A stretch of DNA of 64,000 nt, from contig JBEUKZ010000107.1 in NCBI GenBank assembly GCA_048128005.1, positions 62,001 through 126,000 on the forward strand. The letters run 5' to 3'. The notes under the pieces were generated by a model. That model ran no database searches. It was given only the letters and a program-made list of their open reading frames with translations, and had not been told where the DNA came from. Source of the DNA: Veleropilina oligotropha. Lineage: Eukaryota. This document shows positions 48,813-60,451 of this stretch, piece after piece; the stretch's first letter is position 1; every line of letters starts with the position of its first letter. A program made the position numbers and the translations under genes.

Positions 48813-51800
48813 CTACTCAGGACTCGACATTCTCGCTCGCAAGCGAGAGTCCATTTCCTGCATTGCTGTCCTCATAAGGCTTGCGCTTAAATTTATCGTA
48901 AAGTCCGACAGTTCATCCACTTCCACTTTACGCACGGAACGAGGCTCCTTGTGTATATTCGGATGCTGTCCTGCTGTAGATCTCGTCGTCCTTCTCAGAG
49001 GCATCTGTTCGTCGGGAGATGGTTCCTCTTCCCTTACGCCATCTTCTGGATCATCGTCATCCGGAATAATCGATGCCGGGTACTCCATCCACTGCAATTC
49101 CGAGTCGTCATCGTTGGATGAAGTGCTGTCCGGGTCCGGTTTGACTGTTTTCTGCTTCATAGCTTCACGACTATGCCTGTGCTGTGGGATGTGGCATGCT
49201 CTCATCTCCGTACGATTCACAGTGCGTTCAGCTCCTGACATATCTGCTGGCTCCACCACGTAGACTGATTTCTCCGAATCAGGTCGCTTTGTTACCTTGT
49301 AGACCTCTGATCCCCAAATGTCCTGGATTTTATGGCGACCTTTGTACGTCCGATTTCGAATCAAGACTCGCTGCCCTACAGTAAATGGAACATCCTTGGC
49401 TTTGCGGTCAAATATCTCCTTCCGTTTCCCAGCCTTCTCGTCCAGCTGCTTCCCCGCTTTATCATAAGCATCAGATAAAGCAGCGTGATGATTAGCAAGC
49501 CAATCATTTGTCGATGGTTCTTCTCCGTCGGTGTCGTCACTTGGTCCCAGAAGCACGTCCACAGGCATTCTGGGATCTCTGCCAAACATAAGATAAAATG
49601 GTGAGTACCCAGTAGAGCTGTGCGGGGTGGCATTATACGCATATAATACCTCTGCCAGATGATCCGGCCAATGCCTCTTCTCCTTGGGCAGTAATGTTCG
49701 TAGCAGATCGTGTAGCGAACGGTTGAATCGTTCACACTGGCCATTGCCTTGCGGTCTGTATGGCGTTGTTCTTGATTTCTTCATACCATATATCTTGCAC
49801 AATTCCTGGATCAGGTCGGATTCGAAATTTCGACCCTGGTCGGAATGCAAGCGTAATGGAACTCCATATCGAAGAAACCACTCCTTTACAAGGACTTTCG
49901 CTGTAGTTAGCGCCAGCTGATTCTGTGTTGGTACAGCCCATGAATACTTCGTAAATACATCTGTCATAACAAGGACATTCTCTTTTCCTTGAGCTGGTTC
50001 AAGAACCGTAAAGTCGATGGCGAGTACTTCCAAAGGTCTCTTCGCCAACAATGATCCCATCGACGTCTTCAAACTTGGGTGTGGGTCTTTGGCCATCGTA
50101 CACCGTTCGCACTCTTGACACCATTGCTGAATGTCTCCGTACATCCCAGGCCAGTAGCATCTATTTCGGACTAGTCTGGTAGTCCGCTCGACTCCTTGAT
50201 GTCCTGCCTGGTCGTGCAGCGATTCCAACACTTTCCTCTTCAGCACCAGTGGTAACACAAGCTGTTCCAGTTCTCCATCCATTGGATCCCTTACCATGCG
50301 GTATAAAACCCCACGCTTGAGTGTTATCCGTTTCCGCTGCTTGAATAAGATAAGGGTACTTTTGCCCATCGCTTCGCGTTCCTTGCGTCCTGGTTCTTTC
50401 CCAGACATCCAAAGAGGAATGAACTCCTTTATCACGAGATCAGACTTCTGTAGATCAGCCAATTCTTCGCGTGAGAATGATGGAAAAACTTCTCTAGCCG
50501 ACTCTCTGTCATCATTTGCTGCTCGCACCTTCTGCAATCGCGCGACATCAAGGTTACCTTTACTCTGGAAACTGTCTCTAAATTCCCTTGGGACTGACGT
50601 GGAATGAATAGAGAACATCGCTTGATACTCATCTTCTTCGGCCATCGGCTCATTCGACACATGATCTTCCTTTCGCGACAAAGCGTCAGCATTGCTGTTC
50701 GATTTTCCACTGCGATACTTAATGTCAAAGTCGAATAGAGCCAATTGCGCAGCCCAACGTTGTTCAGTGGCTCCCAGCTTAGCTGTTTGAAGATGACTCA
50801 GTGGATTGTTGTCTGTTAGGATGGTAAAGTTCACTCCAATGAGATAGTCTCTAAATTTCTCCGTCACCGACCATTTAACTGCAAGTAGTTCCAACTTCAT
50901 CGAACTGTAGTTCTGCATATTCTTTTCAGCTGGCCTAAAACTTCTGCTTGCATAGGCGATGACCCGTTGCTTGCCGTCTTGCATCTGCGATAAAACTGCT
51001 CCCAAGCCCTGCATACTCGCATCGGTCTCGAGGATAAATGGCCTACTGAAATCTGCATATCCTAATACTGGTGCAGATGTCAGCATAACCTTAAGCTTCG
51101 TGAACGACTCTTCACATTGTGTTGTCCACTTCTTGGAAAGGCTCTTGATGTTTTCTCGGCAACATTCAGCCACAAGTTCATGGAGTGGACCCGCTATCTT
51201 AGCAAATCCCTGTGTATATCTTCTGTAATAACTGGCGAAACCAACAAACCCTCTCAGCTGACGTACTGTTGTTGGGCGGATCCAGTTCTTTACTGCACTG
51301 ATCTTAGCTGGGTCGGTAGCAATTCCATCTATTGACACTACATGTCCTAAGTACTTGACTTCAGCACGGAACAGGTGACATTTGCTAGGCTTGAGTCGTA
51401 AGTTGTGCTTCTCTAGACGGGTTAGCACCACGTCTAATCGCTTCAAATGTTCTTCGAATGTTTTAGCGAATATCAAGAGGTCATCCAAAAATACTAGCAA
51501 CTGTTCCAGATTCATGTCCCCGAAGATAACCATCATCAACCGTTGAAATGTAGCTGGAGCATTGCAAAGACCCATCGGCATGGTGTTGTATTCATACAGC
51601 CCCATTGGTGTAGTAAATGCTGTCTTGGCCTTGGACTCTGGCTTCACTGCTACCTGGTTGTAACCGCTCGCAAGATCTAAAGTGGAAAACCATTGGGCTC
51701 CTCCCAGGGCATCAAAAGATTCTTCGATCCTAGGGAGAGGAAACGCATCCTTCCGAGTTTTCAAGTTGAGGCGCCTGTAGTCTACACACATGCGTAGCGA

Positions 51801-53018
51801 ATTGTCCTTCTTGCGTACAAGAACAATTGGTGCGGCATACAGGCTTTTACTCGGTCGAATGATTTTCTGCTTTAGAAGAAGGTTGATATGTTATTTTACT
51901 TCCTGGTACTGGCTTGGTGGTATTCTGCGATAAGGTTGTGCCACTGGTACCTCATCCTCTGTGAAGATCTCATGTGTTACTTCCTCTGTGTAACCATGAT
52001 CTTCTTCAGACAGAGCAAAGGCATTGCGATGCTTGGTTAGCAATTGGCATAATGCTTCTCGTTGTTCCTCCGTACCATCAAATTCATCAATATTCACTGG
52101 GATAGGTAGATCTTTGCTCGTCGGTGAAACCTTTATTTTCTGTATTAGAACCACATCGTCAGCTAGGTCTCTATGAAATTCATAGTCGTCGGCTTCTACT
52201 ACATCTGCTGCTTGTAGCACTCCGAGCCTAGCTCCTGGCTTGAGCCACACATCAGTCTCGCCAATGTTGATCAACTGCACGGAAAAAGTGCCATCCTTCA
52301 CCTCAACACAAGTCCTCATCAGGAGAACATTCCGTGGAAGGTTACCTTCTCCGTCTGGCAGCGTCTCTACTGATGCCACGTATGGGTTCCTCTTCGGTCG
52401 CGCATTACCAGTTGCTGCTATTGCTAGCATCGACCAGGCTGGTACTCGAACAGGTTTCCTACCTCTCAGCTTCGCATATCCCAGTCTTCCCGTTTCACCC
52501 TCGAGTTTCGCTTGTTGTTCACACAAAGTCAACGTCTGGGCCCATTGCCGGTTGATGGTCCCTACGTGGTTCAGATATGATGGTCCCAGGCTTTGGCTTA
52601 ATAGATGTTGAACATGTTTGATCACATTCATCCCCAAAAGACCGGGCACTCTCTCATTCTCTGCGCGTACAGTGTCGTCTTCAACATCCTTCAGCACAAG
52701 TACTCCACGTTTCGGAATCATCACCCCCAAGACTTCAACATCCAGCTCCAAGTACCCAATATACGGTATCTTCAACCCATTTGCAGCTCTCAGTGAAAGC
52801 CACCCAATGGACCTAAGCAACTTCTTGCCTAGTGGCTGTATAGCTTTATTGAAGAATGCCTCGGTGATTGTCGTCACCATTGACCCCGTATCCAACAAAC
52901 ATGGTACATCTATACCACCCATTGTTATGGTTACTTCTGGACATTGACCCACTGTGCGTGACAACAAGTCGATCCTATCCGGTGAGCCGGTTTCTCCCCC
53001 ACCTGTCACTTGGCTCAT
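48813..53018 (-). pseudogene. pol: Gypsy pol (protease, RT, RNase H, integrase) with one in-frame TAA at 51891-51893
   Basis: LLDTGS protease; EVK*HINLLL..PIVLVRKKD..CVDYRRLN; FLDD; ETDAS/ELLA/TDNNPL/NADALSR RNase H; HHCC and D,D35E integrase. ORFs 51891-53018 and 48813-51791 are in the same frame. Confidence 0.93.
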
Positions 53019-54053
53019 TGTGACAGGTGCTTCTCGTTTCCCGGAGCCGGGACTTCCTGGGGTTCGTTTGTCGTAGGTGCCCTCTTGCTATCTCGACTTC
53101 GTGGCTCCGTACATCTCCGAGAAATATGCCCAGGGCGATGGCAGTTATAGCATACTATAGGCTCTCGCCTACCTGTGTATGCTTTCTCCGAGGCATCACG
53201 TCTTCTCACCTCCTCCAGCAGCTCCTCCATTTGTTTTTGTTGCCGTTCCATCGCCCGAAGAAGGCTGCTCATAAGTGGATCCACTTGAATTTGGACGTCG
53301 GCCACGACCTCGTGAACTGTGCTGGCTTTCGACTTACATCGCTTCATGTCTTCCTCTGCCCAAATAACGGCTTCTTCCCTGAGTTCTATGAAGTCTCTTC
53401 CTGGATTTTCTCGGACCAGCTTGCTCAGCTCTTTCCTTAGCATAAGGTCTTTAACATTCTCCGAAAACTGGTCGCATAACATTTTGTTTTTATCCAAAAT
53501 GCTACGGACTCTTGCGTTCAATCCGATCAACGAGCTTCATCAGTTCATACGAATACTCACGAAGCGTTTCTTGGTTAGTCTGCTGTCGTTCAAAGAAACT
53601 TTTCTGAAGATAGTTCAACGATACGTTGACGCTGTCTCCAAAGATGGCTTGAATTACTTCTAATATACTATCAGCATTATTGCGTGTATCGGCCCTGCGA
53701 TGCCTCACTTCTTCGCGCGCATTTCCTTCCAAGTTCGAAAAGATGAAATCAGCCTTTTGCTGCTGACTCATAGGACGCGACCGCAAAATGGAGCGCATTT
53801 CATAAACCCAGTCGTTTACATCTGGATCTTGACAGCTTTGGGGGCGACCATGCAGTTTTCTTACCTTTCGCTCGCCAGGTATATACACTACTCGCTCCCC
53901 GCTCCCATCACCTGCAACGGCTGGTGGCGCCACTGTCGAATCCTGGAGCTGCTGCGTCAAACGTTCGATTTCCCTCTTCAACTGCTCCACCTGGTCCGGA
54001 CGGCTGTCATCTCCTCGATCGTCATCACGTGGATTCCCCCTGGATGCCATCAT
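53015..54053 (-). pseudogene. gag: Gypsy gag (PNMA-like capsid + CCHC knuckle) with a frameshift at ~53505
   Basis: W..EMRSIL..KADFIFSNLEGNAREEVR and FFERQQTNQETLREYSYELM capsid motifs, and CYNCHRPGHISRRC; split over ORFs 53502-54053 and 53015-53530. Confidence 0.88.
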
Positions 54054-54091
54054 AAACCACTGCCTTCTTACCTTCCTACTCCAACCCTCTT

Positions 54092-54109
54092 ATCCTGTCG
54101 GCGACGCCA
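54092..54109 (-). promoter_or_regulatory. primer-binding site, probably tRNA-Ser
   Basis: TGGCGTCGCCGACAGGAT, 2 nt after the 5' LTR; complement ATCCTGTCGGCGACG-CCA resembles tRNA-Ser 3' ends. Confidence 0.75.
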
Positions 54110-54111
54110 AT

Positions 54112-54683
54112 TGTGACCGGGATACCGTACGTGAGGGACAACACAGAATGAGTGCTTAAAATGTTTAATGTCGTCGGGGTAACATGAAGGCAGTGGTCTG
54201 AATCCCTCCGCAGTGATTGCACCTATGTTTCCAACATATTGTTCATTGCAGGATTCCCTGGTTGTTTCAGGTCTACACAAAACACATCTTGATAGCTCAA
54301 GAGCTCGCCAGAAAAGACATAATTTGCCTGCTGACGTGGCAAATTGAAAAATACACAAATAAAAACCACTTTCTATAAAGCAACTCAACACAAGTTATTT
54401 TATACCTAAGTTGTAATTTAAGTAACCCTTATAAAAAAGACATATTTATAAGGAGACAAGGTGTCTCATATTACAACCTATCGGCTGACTCCGATATTGC
54501 TCGTCTTAGAGCCTGTGACAGCAGTCACCAATTCTCCTGCTCATAGTCGAGGTCTTGGCAACTTAATATATAACAGACTACTAGTACTGTTACATCATCA
54601 TGGATAATAATAATAAAAACAAACGTATGCCAATTAATAAAGTAAATTAAATATAAAACAGTGTGGCACATCACTCTGTTACA
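54112..54683 (-). repeat. 5' LTR
   Basis: 572 bp; one visible difference from the 3' LTR (48683 C vs 54652 T). Confidence 0.95.
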
Positions 54684-55383
54684 CTACGTATACTGGTGAT
54701 TTGTATCGAAAATAATGAGGATCATTGCGATAATGATACAATATGTCTTCCAGAAGCAGAATAGGCCTAGGCATTATAAAATCATAATGCGGTTACGGAA
54801 AGTGGTCACAAATGTTAACCTGTCAGAACAACCGGACGAACGGCGTCATGGAGATGGTGCCATTAAATAGAGAAATGATTGGAACAAGAACGGATCCCTG
54901 TCGAATTACGCTAATTGTTTACTAAACTGCCATTCAGCACCCGAACACACAAGAGATATTCAGAGTGAGTAAGGTGCATTATATAATCATGATCAATCGA
55001 ATCCAAAACCTTTGGACAAGTAGGATATCATCGGGTCTACTTAATTCATGAGTTAGGATGTCATTAGTACAGTCGCAGTTATCTCCCCTTGTAGGCAGCG
55101 CGAAAGTTGGAATGGCACTTGTTCGGATTCGGGTGTTGGTGCATGAACTGAGCTTTTCTGTTGGGTGAGTTGGTAACGGTAATATTATATAGCACCATAC
55201 ATTATATATTTCCATTGCATGGTAATATTGAATGAAATTGTCTATTCTAAATTGTCTTCACGGGCACAATGAATTTAAATTTAATTATCTGGAACTACGT
55301 GTAACGGCGTTGTAAATATATTATGTCAGCGCGCCGAGTCAAGATTATGCATCCTTGCATAAAAGGCACATAAGTGTCGCACT

Positions 55384-55448
55384 AGGCGAGCTGTCGAATC
55401 TTATGAAAGAAATAGTCTCGCCCTTTCATAAGATTCGACAGCTTGCCT
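55384..55448. repeat. 26-bp-arm hairpin
   Basis: AGGCGAGCTGTCGAATCTTATGAAAG, 13-nt loop, CTTTCATAAGATTCGACAGCTTGCCT. Confidence 0.8.
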
Positions 55449-56676
55449 TCTAACCAACTTAGAAGTCCATTTCCCTTTTCCACACGAATTAACGCTTATG
55501 ACAAAAGTTGACAAATTGTTTATATTATGGAAATATGTTCATATGTTTAATATTTTACGTTTTAATTATTATATCAAATATATACGTAAGAAACTGTTAC
55601 ATGTTAGTATTGTTACCCCTATTCCTAATAATAGGTAAGTTATCGCAAACAAATGATTGTTATGCAAAACAAAGTAACAAGAGTGTGCGATGCTTGTTAA
55701 TGACCTTTTCACACATTCGTCTTCCATCTCATTGTAACCCGGTCTAGAGATGTCACCTTTCGGTGTTTCATTGTCCCTCACTTGCGCACGTGCACTTTGA
55801 CTCCACTAAGATGGTCAGTTAGACCGGCCAGTGTACCGTCTTTGGCTATAAGTGACAACAAATACTTCTTTCTCATTGGTCGATAAACGAAATGGGCTTC
55901 TAAACACTGTTATTGTGCACCTATTTTAGTCACCGGTGGTTCCTGTAGGAACTGACCTGCTAAAACACAGATGAGGTGGATGCGGGCGTAAAACTCCATT
56001 CCATCACGGCCATGGGAGCATGAAAATGAAAGTTGCTGAGGTGCCTACATGCTACACTAAAGTTGGCCTAAAAGTGCCTTTACAACCATGAATGGAAATT
56101 TTATATTGGTACCCGGTATATATATATATAAAATGCTGAAACCTCTGCGGTCTCTCATTTCCATGGTTGTTCCTGCATGTTTTGCCTCTTAGGTTAGTGA
56201 GCCGAAGAATCGCCAGTCATTTGAACCGGTTTCGATTTACTATCACATTTTACAATTTTTCAGACGAATTTATTATAGTCAGAACTTCGGTTTAATATTA
56301 TGTCTTAATTATTTGGAGAACGGCTACCTTCTTTTTAAGCCATCCTTTTAGTTCTATTTAATACTAATAGTTAGTTCCATGCATTAGAATAAGCGAATAT
56401 GAATAAGCAGCTTAGCCACGCCGTCCACGAGAGTTGAGCTCGCGTCGTATCTGGCCATTCAATCGTGTCGCACCCACCAATGGTACATTAAGCCTTGCAC
56501 ACCTGGGCCCCGTTTCACAAAAAATCTTACGTGTGGTCGCAAGTCTTAAACTTACGACAATCTAAGATTATTTTAAGAACGTTTCACAAAGGTTGTCGTA
56601 AGTTTGTCGCAAAACGTAAATCATTACGACAAACACAAGATTTTCGTAAGTAAGTCTTCAAGCAAAATGGTTAGAA

Positions 56677-56899
56677 AAGACCTTAGTTACGCTGAATTAA
56701 GACCTTAGTTATGCTGAATTAAGACCTTAGTTACGCTGAATTAAGACCTTAGTTATGCTGAATTAAGACCTTAGTTATTCTGAATTAAGACCTTAGTTAT
56801 GCTGAATTAAGACCTTAGTTATGCTTAATTAAGACCTTAGTTACGCTGAATTAAAACCTTAGTTACGCTGAATTAAGACCTTAGTTACGCTGAATTAAG
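56677..56899. repeat. 22-bp minisatellite, ~10 copies
   Basis: Unit AAGACCTTAGTTA(C/T)GCTGAATT; follows a MITE-like end GGGCCCCGTTTCACAAA at ~56505. Confidence 0.9.
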
Positions 56900-57049
56900 C
56901 GATTACAAGATTGTTATCGTTCAGACGTACGGTGCATGAAATATTATAATGCACAATAATAACGGCAGGACAGAAGATAAAATCTACTATAAAACTAAAT
57001 ACCTAAAGTTTAATCTAAAGATGACTGCCGTCCCAAAATACTTTAAATG

Positions 57050-57373
57050 TCGCCCGTGAATACTCGCCATCACAAGCCAGCCAGGGACAACAGTTACAGT
57101 GACTCGACCGTGAATACTCGCCATCACAAGCCAGCTAGGGACAACCGTTACAGTGACTCGCCCGTGAATACTCGCCATCACAAGCCAGCCAGGGACAACA
57201 GTTACAGTGACTCTACCGTGAATACTCGCCATCACAAGCCAGCCAGGGACAACAGTTACAGTGACTCGCCCGTGAATACTCGCCATCACAAGCCAGCTAG
57301 GGACAACCGTTACAGTGACTCGACCGTGAATACTCGCCATCACAAGCCAGCCAGGGACAACAGTTACAGTGAC
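57050..57373. repeat. 54-bp minisatellite array 1, 6 copies
   Basis: Unit CCGTGAATACTCGCCATCACAAGCCAGCCAGGGACAACAGTTACAGTGACTCG(A/C). Confidence 0.95.
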
Positions 57374-57927
57374 TGCTAGCTGAACGAAGTGCCCAAGGGA
57401 GAATTCAAAGCCATTCCTGTTACAAAGAACAGTCAAGTGGGTAAATTGAGAGCCCTCACTCGTATCCAATCCACTACTGGTGCGGGATATTTATTTTCGC
57501 ATTGATAAAATGATGTTACAACGACGATGCTTCATTTTGGAGTCATCAGGGTCACATGGTCAAGTAAATACGATGCTGGTCTGCAAATGTAAGAATCATT
57601 GGTTCTATTCCAGACACGTTTCTCTGATTATTAGCTCTTTCTTTATTTTAACGAATTATTCAAAGTTGATTGAGCTTATTTAACTAAGTTGCGTGATGAC
57701 CAGGTCAATACACATTATTTCATCCCACATGAATTCATTTCATCACTGACAGATGATTGATCTATCGATCCATCTAATCATTGTTTGCCTATTAATCACC
57801 ATCCATCAAGATTCTTGAAATTGATTAAATGATTGAACTTTCAACAAATCGGATAAATTTGATGCAAAAAGTATACATGTATAAGTTAAAAAATTGAAAA
57901 TATAATGTGATGGCCAAAATATTATTC

Positions 57928-58119
57928 ATTAATCTATACATTAATCTATACATTAATCTACTTTCTAGATATTAATCTATACATTAATATATACATTAAT
58001 CTATACATTAATCTATACATTAACCTATTCATTAATCTATACATTAATCTATACATTAACCTATTCATTAATCTATACATTAATCTATACATTAACCTAT
58101 TCATTAATCTATACATTAA
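57928..58119. repeat. 12-bp tandem repeat
   Basis: (ATTAATCTATAC)n with variants. Confidence 0.9.
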
Positions 58120-59290
58120 GACTAAAGAATTCATGAAAACGTGTTTGAAAAAGGTGATGGCTAGTGTTATGCGTTTTACCAGCTATAAACATGTCTATGT
58201 TTTATAGAAAATTTATCAAATGTTTACTTAATAGTATGAATACTTGAAATCACGCAATAATGGAATATAATCATAATGCTCATGGATTTATAAATCCATA
58301 TGAATCTAAAATACCATAGACTTTCTTTAGCAGTCGGTATGCCTCTTAACATTTAAGATGTTTGGAATTTGACCCAACCCGTGAGGGTTGAATAATCTTC
58401 CCAGTTGTTAGCCTTTTGTTTTTGTGGGATTGTAAATAATCAAGGTGCAACTGTGTTGGTTTGGTTAATATTTTGAACGATTTGTGTATTTACCGAGTTC
58501 AGCGACAACCAACAGAGAAACATTGACGAGCACATTTGTATTGATCGCCGCTCGAGACGACATGACCGATGATGTTTGCTGTCTCATTTATCCAGGCCCC
58601 GCAGAATGTGACAGGAATCCAAGCTTACTTTTGGAAATTGGACACATCAACATTTTAGCTTGAATCTGAATATTGCAGGAAACTGCAGGTAAGTTTATTA
58701 AAAACGACCATGATTCAACAAATTTTCTCTAAGCAACGGCCATCGGATCCTAATTACAAATTACAATCTTGTGTTTTGTTGCATTTGAACGTCAAATGTA
58801 TTAATCATGAAATAAATATATAATATATATTTGTCTAATTTAAATAGTAATACAGACATTGTGACAAGCATGAGTCGACTGCGTAATTTGAAACATAGCT
58901 GAAGGATGTGCTGATGCAGATGACAACAGGGTTTAGTGAACACACAAGTAACACAATCATGGTCCCAAAGATGGATATACAAATCTTACTTCATGTCAAA
59001 AGTAAGCAAAGATTTGTTCGCTTAAAGATGGTTGCATGGGACAATTATTCAGTGCTGGGGAGAATATTTGCTAGTTACGATCCTGTCTGAATACGATCCT
59101 GTCTGACATTACGATCCTGTCTGACATTACGATCCTGTCTGACATTACGATCCTGTCCGACATTGAACAAGTTTTTCGTGGATGCATATTGATCGATGCT
59201 TATAATATTGTCCCGTTGTAAACGACCTTCCGTTTTATGCCATCAGGCAAGATATGTCCATATTGTGACGAGGGGAAAGCATTAAATGTG

Positions 59291-60451
59291 GCCCGTGAAT
59301 ACTCGCCATCACAAGCCAGCCAGGGACAACCGTTACAGTGACTCGCCCATGAATACTCGCCATCACAAGCCAGCCAGGGTCAACAGTTACAGTGACTCGA
59401 CCGTGAATACTCGACCGTGAATACTCGCCATCACAAGCCAGCTAGGGACAACAGTTACAGTGACTCGACCGTGAATACTCGCCATCACAAGCCAGCTAGG
59501 GTCAACAGTTACAGTGACTCGACCGTGAATACTCGCCATCACAAGCCAGCCAGGGACAACAGTTACAGTGACTCGCCCGTGAATACTCGCCATCACAAGC
59601 CAGCCAGGGTCAACAGTTACAGTGACTCGCCCGTGAATACTCGCCATCACAAGCCAGCCAGGGACAACAGTTACAGTGACTCGCCCATGAATACTCGCCA
59701 TCACAAGCCAGCCAGGGTCAACAGTTACAGTGACTCGCCCGTGAATACTCGCCATCACAAGCCAGCCAGGGACAACCGTTACAGTGACTCGACCGTGAAT
59801 ACTCGCCATCACAAGCCAGCTAGGGTCAACAGTTACAGTGACTCGACCGTGAATACTCGACCGTGAATACTCGCCATCACAAGCCAGCTAGGGACAACAG
59901 TTACAGTGACTCGACCGTGAATACTCGCCATCACAAGCCAGCTAGGGTCAACAGTTACAGTGACTCGACCGTGAATACTCGCCATCACAAGCCAGCCAGG
60001 GACAACAGTTACAGTGACTCGACCGTGAATACTCGCCATCACAAGCCAGCTAGGGTCAACAGTTACAGTGACTCGACCGTGAATACTCGCCATCACAAGC
60101 CAGCTAGGGACAACCGTTACAGTGACTCTACCGTGAATACTCGCCATCACAAGCCAGCCAGGGACAACCGTTACAGTGACTCGACCGTGAATACTCGCCA
60201 TCACAAGCCAGCTAGGGACAACAGTTACAGTGACTCGACCGTGAATACTCGCCATCACAAGCCAGCCAGGGACAACAGTTACAGTGACTCGCCCGTGAAT
60301 ACTCGCCATCACAAGCCAGCCAGGGACAACCGTTACAGTGACCCGACCGTGAATACTCGCCATCACAAGCCAGCCAGGGACAACAGTTACAGTGACTCGC
60401 CCGTGAATACTCGCCATCACAAGCCAGCCAGGGACAACAGTTACAGTGACT
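59291..60451. repeat. 54-bp minisatellite array 2, ~21 copies
   Basis: Same unit as array 1, and shares a ~165-bp 3' flank (57374-57542 vs 60451-60615). Confidence 0.95.

Larger units (their letters stand above)
48143..54683 (-). mobile_element. full-length Ty3/Gypsy LTR retrotransposon (6541 bp)
   Basis: 572-bp TG...CA LTRs, 4-bp TSD CTAC (48139-48142 and 54684-54687), PBS, PPT, and gag-PR-RT-RH-IN order. Confidence 0.97.

Noticed and set aside
54780..55260. Old LINE RT fragment (QGSVL-like) beside the Gypsy element
   Set aside because: Too degenerate to delimit or classify by eye.
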